A stretch of 60,024 bases of DNA, from IMG/VR virus record IMGVR_UViG_3300012045_000001, positions 1 through 60,024 of that record, one strand, 5' to 3'. The notes beneath the pieces were generated by a model, which was not told where the DNA came from, made no database searches, and saw only the letters and a program-made list of their open reading frames with translations. Positions 9,777-18,622 of this stretch are shown here, one piece after another (the first letter of the stretch is position 1; the number at the start of each line of letters is the position of its first letter). The position numbers and the translations under genes are program-made. The stretch comes from a virus. Taxonomy: Duplodnaviria > Caudoviricetes.

Positions 9777-10465
9777 AAAACGACAAAGATGTCTGGGTCT
9801 TGGTATTTAATCTCGAAGGACGGGAGCAGATATTTAAGGCCTACGCAAACGCTAACGCAAAGACTGGCCGCAGGGCCAAGAAACACGCTCGGTTAAAAAC
9901 AGAGCAATACGGGACTCGCTTTACGGCGAAAGTAATGACACTAGAAGGAGAACAAAACGATGGCAAAGAAAGGACAACCAATAACACTGAGACCGAAGAA
10001 GGGACAGCCGATACCAGTCAAGGGAACGATAACGGCCCAGATGATAGAGGAGGAACAGCAGGACTTCCTGGCGATGTTCGAGGAGGAAGCGTCGGAGGGA
10101 GCGAAGACAGGGACATCTTCGAGCGACTCCAGCCTCCAACCTTCACCGAAGAAAACTACAAAGCCGGACTCTTTGACGAAGCCGCAAGGCCAATCCTCGA
10201 AACAGTCGAAGCCGAGTTCGGAAACGCCGAGCGAGACGAACTCGCCAGACAACTCGGAGTCATCATTGACGAAGACCCAATCACTTTTACCGAGTCCCAG
10301 TTCAAAGAGTTCCAAGAACGAGGTGGCCTCGGTGACAGGCCAAGTATTGTCAGCATCCAAGGACAAGATAACCGTGACGATAGGGACAGACGCTCCGTAT
10401 TCATACGAGAAGATGGTCTCAGCGATACTGGAGGAGAGACTGACGAAGGCCCAGAGAGCGTATGA
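9767..10465 (+). CDS. hypothetical protein overlapping the next gene by ~500 nt
   Basis: AGGAGG RBS; protein-like sequence where the other frame is low-complexity. Confidence 0.5.
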   Translation: MGVENDKDVWVLVFNLEGREQIFKAYANANAKTGRRAKKHARLKTEQYGTRFTAKVMTLEGEQNDGKERTTNNTETEEGTADTSQGNDNGPDDRGGTAGLPGDVRGGSVGGSEDRDIFERLQPPTFTEENYKAGLFDEAARPILETVEAEFGNAERDELARQLGVIIDEDPITFTESQFKEFQERGGLGDRPSIVSIQGQDNRDDRDRRSVFIREDGLSDTGGETDEGPESV

Positions 10466-11579
10466 GATAAAAGACTGGACGGTGTTCTTGGACAAGATGG
10501 CCTTTTCTAATGTTCTGTCAGAGGACTTGGACACGATGTATCAGATTATCTTTGCGCGGCTGTTCGTCAAAGAGCATACTGCCGCAAAGCTGAAACCGTC
10601 CGAGGAGATGGACTTGATATTCAACGACGACTTCGAGGACATAATAGAGGAGGCCAAGAAGCCGGAGCGCATTCCGTTAGGCAAGGTCTGGGGAAGTGTT
10701 GACTGGGACGATACTGCAAAGGCCAGTCCGCTTGAGGATATGTTGAAGGTAGCGGAACTGACAAAGAGCATCGGAGTTCCGGTAGGCGAGAAGGCCGAGG
10801 AGGTAAAGCGTCAGCTTACCGCAACCGGAGAACTTCTGGAACGCTCGAAGCTATCGAACTTCCCTTCAACCAAAGAGGCCAAGAAGAAGATTGCCGAAGA
10901 AGCATTGATAAATGCCGGAGGCAAACGCGCTGACCCAGAGGCGATGAAGAACCATCTGGCCGCAGTCGAAAAGATACGGAGCGAAGCAGGCAATCCGATG
11001 GAACAGAAGTGGGCCATAGCTGAGGCTCTTGCGGTCAAAGAGAAGTCCGAGTGGGAGGGGAAACTCGAACCCGACCTCGATGCGATGGTCAACTACATTT
11101 ACGGCTGGCTCAGAGAGACCGGAGAGATACCGGACAGGCCTGACGACTTAGTGGAAATCTTCTGGCCAGTGCCAAGGGTGTTAGAGAACAACGAGGAGGC
11201 CAACCCGAGGCGCATTGATGTCGTCGTCAGGGTCAGAGAGTTCTGGGCCAAGATGCTCGACAAGAAACGGGATACCGTTGACTTACAATCGAACTCATAC
11301 AGGGTCACTCAGGCCGCTATGAGACTGGAGCGGGAGATAGAACGCTATGCCTCCAACTACCGGACTGTGGGGATGCCAGACCGCATCTCGGACGAGACGC
11401 TAGTGGGCTTCATCAAAGAGGCCGCACTGGATTACTTCAATGCTCATACGCCGATTGTCAATCTTGGTGTCAAACCTGGCCCATTGCAGACACTTGACCC
11501 AACCTACATTGAGTATCGTGCAATATGCCGCAAATACGGGCTGAAAGCGGGTGTATTCCTGCACGAAGCTGAGTTATAA
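9960..11579 (+). CDS. hypothetical protein (539 aa)
   Basis: GAAGGAG RBS; long ORF with S/K/P linker. Confidence 0.8.
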   Translation: MAKKGQPITLRPKKGQPIPVKGTITAQMIEEEQQDFLAMFEEEASEGAKTGTSSSDSSLQPSPKKTTKPDSLTKPQGQSSKQSKPSSETPSETNSPDNSESSLTKTQSLLPSPSSKSSKNEVASVTGQVLSASKDKITVTIGTDAPYSYEKMVSAILEERLTKAQRAYEIKDWTVFLDKMAFSNVLSEDLDTMYQIIFARLFVKEHTAAKLKPSEEMDLIFNDDFEDIIEEAKKPERIPLGKVWGSVDWDDTAKASPLEDMLKVAELTKSIGVPVGEKAEEVKRQLTATGELLERSKLSNFPSTKEAKKKIAEEALINAGGKRADPEAMKNHLAAVEKIRSEAGNPMEQKWAIAEALAVKEKSEWEGKLEPDLDAMVNYIYGWLRETGEIPDRPDDLVEIFWPVPRVLENNEEANPRRIDVVVRVREFWAKMLDKKRDTVDLQSNSYRVTQAAMRLEREIERYASNYRTVGMPDRISDETLVGFIKEAALDYFNAHTPIVNLGVKPGPLQTLDPTYIEYRAICRKYGLKAGVFLHEAEL

Positions 11580-11588
11580 TGAAAACAC

Positions 11589-11617
11589 TTGACAATCAAT
11601 GAGACTGGTTGTAAGAT
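11589..11617 (+). promoter_or_regulatory. sigma70-like promoter
   Basis: TTGACA-N17-TAAGAT. Confidence 0.65.
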
Positions 11618-11642
11618 AATGAAACACAAGGGAGGTAAATAA

Positions 11643-11885
11643 ATGCCCAGAGAACGTAAAGAAGGGATAGTCCCCTACCAGTTTGACCTTGACGAAGACT
11701 TGCATCGTCGGGGGACAGAACTGGCAAATCAGAACGGGGTATCCATCGCACAATTTATGAGGATGGCCTATGAGGAGTTCGTGAATAGGCCCATTGAGCA
11801 ATCAATGAAATTACTACGCGAACATAAAAGCAGACAAACAGAAACGGCGGCCGTGTCAAGGATGACTCCGCGCCGTTCAAAATAA
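11643..11885 (+). CDS. ribbon-helix-helix (Arc/CopG-like) DNA-binding protein
   Basis: YQFDLDEDLHRRGTELANQNGVSIAQFMR pattern. Confidence 0.7.
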   Translation: MPRERKEGIVPYQFDLDEDLHRRGTELANQNGVSIAQFMRMAYEEFVNRPIEQSMKLLREHKSRQTETAAVSRMTPRRSK

Positions 11886-11897
11886 GGAGACAAATAA

Positions 11898-12845
11898 ATG
11901 CAGGATAATACACAAGCACAGGCCGCTAACGAAGTGGCTACGGATGATACGGTAGAAGGTTTCAATTTGAAACGCGAAGGCGGGAAGGCCATATACCTTA
12001 ACGTCTTCGACGGGTCACTGTGCAGGAAGTCCAAGAACTTCGTTGACGGCTGGGAAGAAAAGCCAATCAAGACAACCAACCCGCAGACCAAAGAAGACGT
12101 ATTCACATTCGTTGAACGCTACGACTCAATCGTGGCCCGTATCGTTGACGTGAATAAGTATCAACACAAGTTCGAGAACGGGGGCAAGGTGTCCGGCTTT
12201 GACATCGCGCTATTAGCGGGAGGCAAACGGGCCATCCTGCAACTGACTTGGATTGAACACACCTTGAAGCGTTTCCTCAAAGTGGCCCCGAACATTGACT
12301 TCGAGAAGCCTATCCGCATATCGGTATTCGCAACCACAAAGAACGGTAAGAAGAACACTGCCGTCAGCTTCAAGCAGGGCGACGGGCCAGACCCAGAGCA
12401 GTGGGATAAGGTCAATGAGTTCTACAACAACGACAACGAGGAGATGCCCAAAGGCATTCACGATGACAACGATGACTCGTGGGACTACAAACCGCAGAAC
12501 AAGTTCTTAGGCGAGAAGTTCGCCGCAGACACTCTGCCGAAAATCAAGGTCATCGCCGCTCGGTATCCGCAACCTGGCCGCACGGAAGCACAGGCGGCCC
12601 AAGTCAAGTCGCAGATGGAAGCACAGCCTTCCGGTATGGGACAGCCCGAGACGAAAGGCAATCTGGCAGAGGCCAAGGCGAACTACCAGAAACAGCAACA
12701 GGAGAATCCGGCCCAGCAGACATTCCCGCAGACCGTCGCCCCGATACGCGATGCCACCGAGAGACCCGCTCCGGTAGAGCCGGAAGGACTGATGGACAGA
12801 GGGACGGAATACCAAACTCCACCGGACGATGACATCCCGTTTTAG
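11898..12845 (+). CDS. putative single-stranded DNA-binding protein
   Basis: Q/P-rich linker and C-terminal DDDIPF SSB tip. Confidence 0.65.
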   Translation: MQDNTQAQAANEVATDDTVEGFNLKREGGKAIYLNVFDGSLCRKSKNFVDGWEEKPIKTTNPQTKEDVFTFVERYDSIVARIVDVNKYQHKFENGGKVSGFDIALLAGGKRAILQLTWIEHTLKRFLKVAPNIDFEKPIRISVFATTKNGKKNTAVSFKQGDGPDPEQWDKVNEFYNNDNEEMPKGIHDDNDDSWDYKPQNKFLGEKFAADTLPKIKVIAARYPQPGRTEAQAAQVKSQMEAQPSGMGQPETKGNLAEAKANYQKQQQENPAQQTFPQTVAPIRDATERPAPVEPEGLMDRGTEYQTPPDDDIPF

Positions 12846-12867
12846 CAACAGGAGAGGAGATAATACT

Positions 12868-13359
12868 ATGCAATTAACGAGAGAAGACGGGACACCGATT
12901 GTGTGTCCCTCCTGCAAAGGGCTGGACTTCATTGCAACCAGCACTGGAGAAAGGGACGGAATGAATCTGTTTCGCGGGGACTGCATCAATGAAGTATGCA
13001 AGTCCCGCTTCGAGTTTGAAGTCGGAACGAACGAGAATATCACAGGCAGTATGAGCGAGGCCGAGCAAGCCGCGCACAGTGCGATGTCACAGAACGCTCG
13101 TTCGATACCACTGGAGACCCAAACGCTGTGGACTCGGGCCGGAGAACTGGTAACTGATATTCAGATGCCAGTCTTTAGGCCCAGAGCGGAGATAGTAATT
13201 TGGGGAGAACGGTTTTTCTGGCTAAACAAATACGGCAAGTATGCAGAAGGGCTGGCTTACATCGTGCCTGTCCAATCGGAGGTAGAGCCGGAAGATGATT
13301 GGCCGGACGGCCCTATATTTGATGACAAAGAAACCGAGGACGAGGAGAAGGTTAATTAA
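12868..13359 (+). CDS. Zn-ribbon hypothetical protein
   Basis: CPSC...CINEVC; GAGGAG RBS. Confidence 0.6.
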   Translation: MQLTREDGTPIVCPSCKGLDFIATSTGERDGMNLFRGDCINEVCKSRFEFEVGTNENITGSMSEAEQAAHSAMSQNARSIPLETQTLWTRAGELVTDIQMPVFRPRAEIVIWGERFFWLNKYGKYAEGLAYIVPVQSEVEPEDDWPDGPIFDDKETEDEEKVN

Positions 13360-13432
13360 ATGCAACTACTGTGGCCTTACTACTAATCGTATTAAGGCCC
13401 ATATAAGACAAAACCATAGGAGGCAATACAAA

Positions 13433-13705
13433 ATGACGACGATGGTGACAGGGGAACAGGTAAAGGATGCAATGACGAAGGCCGGAATTACATTCGCGGC
13501 CGTCCGTCAGTGTAGCATCTGCGAAAGGCCGCTTTTCTTTGAGAGGCGAGGGGAAGATGTGTTCTTTGATTCAAACTGCGAGTGCGTTAGAGCTATCAGT
13601 CAAGTCCAGCCGAGGACTTGGGAAGAAGCGGCCGCTATAATCAATCAACGAGCGGAGGGGCCAAGCAAGACTGCGTTGGCCAAGGAATTTGGATTAACAA
13701 TCTAG
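13433..13705 (+). CDS. hypothetical protein (CxxC, CxC)
   Basis: AGGAGG RBS. Confidence 0.6.
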   Translation: MTTMVTGEQVKDAMTKAGITFAAVRQCSICERPLFFERRGEDVFFDSNCECVRAISQVQPRTWEEAAAIINQRAEGPSKTALAKEFGLTI

Positions 13706-13718
13706 GAGGAATAATACA

Positions 13719-13916
13719 ATGGCAAACATAGAATCAATCGTGGGCCGTCTGACGGTCGAAGAAACAAAGCAAATGCTGGCACAGTGCATAGTCCACTTAC
13801 AGGACACGGACATTATCGAAGTGCTGGACAACGAACTCGAAACTGATATGAAGGAAGAACTGATGGCCCGCTTTGAAATCACTGCGGACGCGATAGATGA
13901 AACAAGGGAGGTTTAA
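13719..13916 (+). CDS. acidic hypothetical protein
   Basis: AGGAGG RBS. Confidence 0.6.
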   Translation: MANIESIVGRLTVEETKQMLAQCIVHLQDTDIIEVLDNELETDMKEELMARFEITADAIDETREV

Positions 13917-13917
13917 T

Positions 13918-14901
13918 ATGAGTGAACAACAAGGTAACGCATACGTTGAATCAAGGAAGAAGGCCGTGGCCTGCTTGTCGTCGGCATTTAGAATGCTGGA
14001 CTCTGCCGAATCAGTGAAGTCCACGGACTTAGTTTGGAACTGGGCATCCGAACGCTGGGCCTCGTTTGATGCGGCTAATCCAATGCTCGACGCTGGGGCA
14101 AATGCCGGAGATTATCATAGGCCCATAGCTAGGTTGCGCGAGACTTCGACTGACCGACTTCCAGAACAGACCGCACCAATCTCGGAGACCTACTTCGATG
14201 AAGTGCTGGCTAACGAGGCCAAAAACTTCGATGACCAACTGGACGCTCTGGAGAATGTTTATATGCTACGGATTCTCCACGCTGGACTTGGACTGACAAC
14301 CGAGGTCGGAGAACTGATGGACAACATCAAAAAGCATCTCATTTATGGCAAGCCTTTTGACGTAATCAATGCCAAAGAGGAGGCCGGAGATATTCTCTGG
14401 TATCTGGCCGTCTATTGCAACGCTCTGGGTATGACCAATTTTGACGAAGCAATGAATTTGAACATCCAGAAGTTGAAGGCTCGATACTCGAAAGGCTTTA
14501 CTCCAGAGGAGGCCCTGACTCGCAACATTGATAAAGAGATGGAAGTCTTTCAGAGTCCGGCCGCAGGAATTCCGATATTCGAGGATACCATTACTCCCTC
14601 GGATATTGAAGTTAAGGACTTCGTGCCTGATGAAGACGAACTGATGGCCCCGATAGACCTCCACAAGACTGCCATCGAACAACTCAAAGCCGACGGCATC
14701 GAACCTACCATCACACCCGACGAAGTAGAGACCGAGGACTTGGGACAGGTAGGCTTCGACGCTTCGCTGATGGAGGAAATAGCAAGTATGCCTCCAGAGA
14801 CGTTTCGTAAGGCCTACGATGCCGAGTGGGTTGATGAGTTCACCAAAGACGACGACGGGCCTGACAGTCCCACTGCCGAAGACGAAGGAGGCCAAAGATA
14901 A
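13918..14901 (+). CDS. MazG-like NTP pyrophosphohydrolase with acidic tail
   Basis: GLTTEVGELMDNIKK...KEEAGDILWY. Confidence 0.85.
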   Translation: MSEQQGNAYVESRKKAVACLSSAFRMLDSAESVKSTDLVWNWASERWASFDAANPMLDAGANAGDYHRPIARLRETSTDRLPEQTAPISETYFDEVLANEAKNFDDQLDALENVYMLRILHAGLGLTTEVGELMDNIKKHLIYGKPFDVINAKEEAGDILWYLAVYCNALGMTNFDEAMNLNIQKLKARYSKGFTPEEALTRNIDKEMEVFQSPAAGIPIFEDTITPSDIEVKDFVPDEDELMAPIDLHKTAIEQLKADGIEPTITPDEVETEDLGQVGFDASLMEEIASMPPETFRKAYDAEWVDEFTKDDDGPDSPTAEDEGGQR

Positions 14902-15317
14902 TGAACAGCACAGAGTTATTGATACTGCACGAGGAGATGTGCGCTAAGGCCCGTGAGATAATGAAGAAGAAGAACGTGGATTATTCGGGAGGGTCAACTG
15001 ACCCTTTCGCTAACTTCCGTGGGTCTCTCAATTACGGTGTCGAGCCTGAGATTGGTATTGCTATCCGAATCGGGGACAAGTTCAAACGAGTCGAGGCCTT
15101 TATCAAGAACGGCGCATTGGCTGTTGAAGATGAATCGGCCCTTGATTCAATACAGGATTCGATTAACTACCTTGTCCTAATGGCCGGACTTATTCACGAG
15201 CGAAAGGCTAAAGGCAGGAAGGAGTTGAAAATCATCAGGCCGGAAGACATAGGACTGGGGCCGCAGACACCGTATCAGAAATCAACCGAGGAAATCGTCG
15301 GCCCAGGTTATAAGTAG
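14901..15317 (+). CDS. Nmad1/DUF1599-like nucleotide-modification-associated protein
   Basis: KKNVDYS..DPFANF...RIGDKFKR...DSIQDSINY. Confidence 0.7.
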   Translation: MNSTELLILHEEMCAKAREIMKKKNVDYSGGSTDPFANFRGSLNYGVEPEIGIAIRIGDKFKRVEAFIKNGALAVEDESALDSIQDSINYLVLMAGLIHERKAKGRKELKIIRPEDIGLGPQTPYQKSTEEIVGPGYK

Positions 15318-15330
15318 GAGGACTAACAAA

Positions 15331-15984
15331 ATGTCACTGTGTAGGTTTGAATCCAACCGTGTTGAATGTATGATGTCTCCAGAGCGGGACGGATATTGCG
15401 TGTCCCACTGGAGACTTCAATACGGACACGCCATATCAACCGAGGGACTGGCAGAAGACGATGGCAAAGCAGTCCCACCCTACTGCCGGATATGCGGTAT
15501 GCTGATGGCCAATGGGTCAAAGGATGACCCGTGCGGAGCGAAGATGCTCAAGGCACTAATCGAAGGCAACTCCCCACTGGGACAGGTAGTAGGTGTTGCA
15601 ATGGCAGGAATGAGGCCGGACGTGCCGAAGCATACGGAACTGGACAAAGAGAATGCGTTTCAAGTCCTTATGGGACTGCTGGATATGATTCCTCCTTGTC
15701 CCGACTGTGAGCAACGCCGTTGTGTGGAGTGGTTGCAGAGATATTTTGCCTGGATTATGAATGCGATGCTCGGCCCATCGGGTTTTATGGCAATGTTTAT
15801 CTCCATACTGGAGCGGAACGGGGGCCAGATGGAGTTCACCAAGCAGGAAGTTATGGACGCTGGCCGAGTCCTCCGAGTCGAGTCGGAGGTTGACGAAGGC
15901 AGAGAACTTCTCCGCGCCGTAGTTATGGAACGGGCCGAAGAAGGTGAAGAAGTGGACGAAGGCTGGCCAGACCTAATTGGTTAA
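15331..15984 (+). CDS. Cys-rich hypothetical protein
   Basis: AGGAGG RBS; last gene of the + block. Confidence 0.65.
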   Translation: MSLCRFESNRVECMMSPERDGYCVSHWRLQYGHAISTEGLAEDDGKAVPPYCRICGMLMANGSKDDPCGAKMLKALIEGNSPLGQVVGVAMAGMRPDVPKHTELDKENAFQVLMGLLDMIPPCPDCEQRRCVEWLQRYFAWIMNAMLGPSGFMAMFISILERNGGQMEFTKQEVMDAGRVLRVESEVDEGRELLRAVVMERAEEGEEVDEGWPDLIG

Positions 15985-16319
15985 GCCAGCCAGTTTGCCG
16001 CACTTGCCCCAGAAGCAGACACGGCCACTGGAATACGTTCGAGGCCAGTAATAGGCGTTACGGCCTCGACGTATATTTCAAACTCGGTATCACCCACAGG
16101 CATATCGGCCAAAGCAATCCCAGTAAATCGAATGTCCACGTAGTCTTCTCCGACATCCTTGGGCCGCGCCCACACCTTGAGCCTCGGGTCATTGCTGGCA
16201 CGAAGGTATCCTCCGACAACCGGAGTTGTCACGAGGATAGTTAAGACCTGAGAAGTCTCCCCTTCAACGAGGCCAGTGATAGGCCAGTAAGTTAGTTCGT
16301 CTCCGTTAGCATCTTTCAT
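15981..16319 (-). CDS. putative virion protein
   Basis: Beta-rich ORF at end of tail module. Confidence 0.55.
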   Translation of the reverse strand: MKDANGDELTYWPITGLVEGETSQVLTILVTTPVVGGYLRASNDPRLKVWARPKDVGEDYVDIRFTGIALADMPVGDTEFEIYVEAVTPITGLERIPVAVSASGASAANWLA

Positions 16320-18493
16320 ACAGTATTATTATGATTAGCTAGGGCCTGATTACGGTCATAGTCATAGCCTCCCCTCACACTAATCGTTTTCCTCCAAATG
16401 TAATATCGTTTCCCCGATTGTTCAATGACTCCGCACAGTAGTCCCACTAGGGCATCGAGCGGAAGTATGTCCATTTGATTATCAGTTCTGAAAACTGTAT
16501 TCTCCGACTCGAAATTCACTGTGCCGACGTGAGGCTCGGCCTCAATCTGTGCTTTAATGTCCTGCATCGCCGCTTCATAGGCCGCTTTCCAGACATTGTA
16601 TCCAGTCCCTACCGGATGAATAACATTCGTCGTTGGCCCTCCAGCTTCAAACAAATCCCTTCCCTGTCCTGCCGATGATTGATACTCTGTGTATATCGGC
16701 TTTACAAAATAGATGTAATCCGATACGTCCCTAAAGAGCGAACGCTTGTAAAACTCAGTAAGATCTCCTCGAAAGATATTGCGTCCATACATCTCGGCCG
16801 CTAAGAAAGCCACGTATGGTGCTTCGATTGGATAGGGCCAGGTGTAATTCATCGAATAGTCGGTATGTCCGCTCCAAGTGTATTGCGAGTCAAAGCCAGC
16901 GTAAATCTGTCTCGGAAACAATGGCCAGCGGCCCGCTCTGATTCCGCGCCTTACCTTTGCGCTTGCATTAAAGAAGTGTTGCGGACTAAAAGGATAGGCC
17001 TCGATAACCTCCAACGTGCATTGGTCTCCGTTCGCGCTGGCGTTACTGATTGACCCCTGCACCACGCAGTTCTTTTCATTCATCGAAATATAACCAGTGA
17101 AAGGGTAAGACCCGTAGGGCGTTGTCAGTATGCCAGCGTCGGTGTCTTTGTCGGTTACTTGGACTTTGATGATACTTCCTACCGGAAACGGGGCCAGGTC
17201 TGGACTGCCGTTAAGCTGATTATACATTCCGCATTCCACTCCTCCGTCGTTGGTTATCATCAGTTGGGCCGAGGTATGATTATATCTCGGTGCGCCTTGA
17301 GAATCCGCGTAACGGTAGGTAGCGATGCGGGACGTGACCGAATGAATAAGAGTAAGATTACGGCAATAAGTAAGATAGGACGGTTTGAGAAAGAACTTCG
17401 CAGTCTTGTCTCTGGCCAGCTTAAACGGAACTTCCGGCCCAGATGAGTAGGGAGTGTTCGTCACCTTGTAGTTGGTCTGGTCTCCGGTATCAAACGGCTC
17501 ATACACTAGGCGCGTGTCCACTCTGACATTGAACTCTTTAGGCTTCTCCTTCAAAGTCTTGACATTCATCTCGGCCTGCTTCGGAGTTAGGGCCGGATTG
17601 TTTAGAATGTTCCAATTCTGTTCGGGAGTTTTAAGTCTGGCCTTCCACAAAGCATTGGTCAGAATCTCTACCGAGTCCCAAACGCTTCCGTCGCCCTGAG
17701 TGTCACTCGCGGCTTTGCGAATATCTCTCACGGTCTCTCGCATCTTTGCGTTGGGATACTTATACTCTACGACTGCCGGAAACTCCGCGCTCGGTGTCGA
17801 GTAAAGGACTACATCGTAAATGTCTGGGTTGTATCCGTAAGAACCGGAGTATGTAGTAGGGTCACTCGGAGCATCGTCATCGCCAAAAGGCAGGGGCATA
17901 CAGTTCTGCGCCCCCTTGCCAGTTCCTCCTGGGTCGGACACTCCGAACGGGTCTAGCTGGTCTGCGGCCCTCCATTCTGGGTCTGCCTCTCTCCGTGCGT
18001 CCGCACCCAGTATCTTTTCGTCCCAGTCGCTTACAGTGGTTGCGTCTTCGGGAAGTTTAACTTGCAGATGTTGTGAGTTAAACGAATAGGGGTCATATAG
18101 GGACTCCGGCAACGTCTGAATGTTTCCGGCAAACTCAGCCGGAGCATCGAAGTTCATCTCCGCGTATTCGACAACAAGATTCGGGTCAATGGACGGGACA
18201 TCAGTTGCGTCCAGTTCGCGGAACAGATTGTTGACCGTCGAGGCCACGGGGACGGTTCTGAGCCTAGTCCCGAGGTCGAAGAAAGTCCATAAGCGGCTTA
18301 TCCTTCTGCCGATTAACTCGTCGTCTGGGCCGATGTTCTCCATCAGGGCATCGTCGTCATCGTTCTTGACTTGAAACTGCTCCAGCGCAAATAACGGCTT
18401 TGGTTTGGGACTAAGAAAGATACGCAGTTTTCCCGCCTGTCCCAGCTTGACGCGAAATGCTTGATTGGGGTCTGTGCTTTTATCTAAACTCAT
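16316..18493 (-). CDS. putative tail tip / receptor-binding protein (725 aa)
   Basis: Position downstream of tape measure; Y/G/T-rich. Confidence 0.55.
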   Translation of the reverse strand: MSLDKSTDPNQAFRVKLGQAGKLRIFLSPKPKPLFALEQFQVKNDDDDALMENIGPDDELIGRRISRLWTFFDLGTRLRTVPVASTVNNLFRELDATDVPSIDPNLVVEYAEMNFDAPAEFAGNIQTLPESLYDPYSFNSQHLQVKLPEDATTVSDWDEKILGADARREADPEWRAADQLDPFGVSDPGGTGKGAQNCMPLPFGDDDAPSDPTTYSGSYGYNPDIYDVVLYSTPSAEFPAVVEYKYPNAKMRETVRDIRKAASDTQGDGSVWDSVEILTNALWKARLKTPEQNWNILNNPALTPKQAEMNVKTLKEKPKEFNVRVDTRLVYEPFDTGDQTNYKVTNTPYSSGPEVPFKLARDKTAKFFLKPSYLTYCRNLTLIHSVTSRIATYRYADSQGAPRYNHTSAQLMITNDGGVECGMYNQLNGSPDLAPFPVGSIIKVQVTDKDTDAGILTTPYGSYPFTGYISMNEKNCVVQGSISNASANGDQCTLEVIEAYPFSPQHFFNASAKVRRGIRAGRWPLFPRQIYAGFDSQYTWSGHTDYSMNYTWPYPIEAPYVAFLAAEMYGRNIFRGDLTEFYKRSLFRDVSDYIYFVKPIYTEYQSSAGQGRDLFEAGGPTTNVIHPVGTGYNVWKAAYEAAMQDIKAQIEAEPHVGTVNFESENTVFRTDNQMDILPLDALVGLLCGVIEQSGKRYYIWRKTISVRGGYDYDRNQALANHNNTV

Positions 18494-18622
18494 AATGTTA
18501 ATAAGGTCGGCCGGAGGAGATGCGGCTCAAGGCGTTCGCGGTGCATAGGATAGGGGCCTCTACTCCGTTACTTCACCTGATATTCCTTAACTCCTCCGGC
18601 CTATGCTGGCTTAAAGTTTCCC

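Noticed and set aside
3775-15317. 2-aminoadenine or 7-deazaguanine genome system
   Set aside because: No PurZ, DpdA or Que genes in the window; polymerase motifs look canonical
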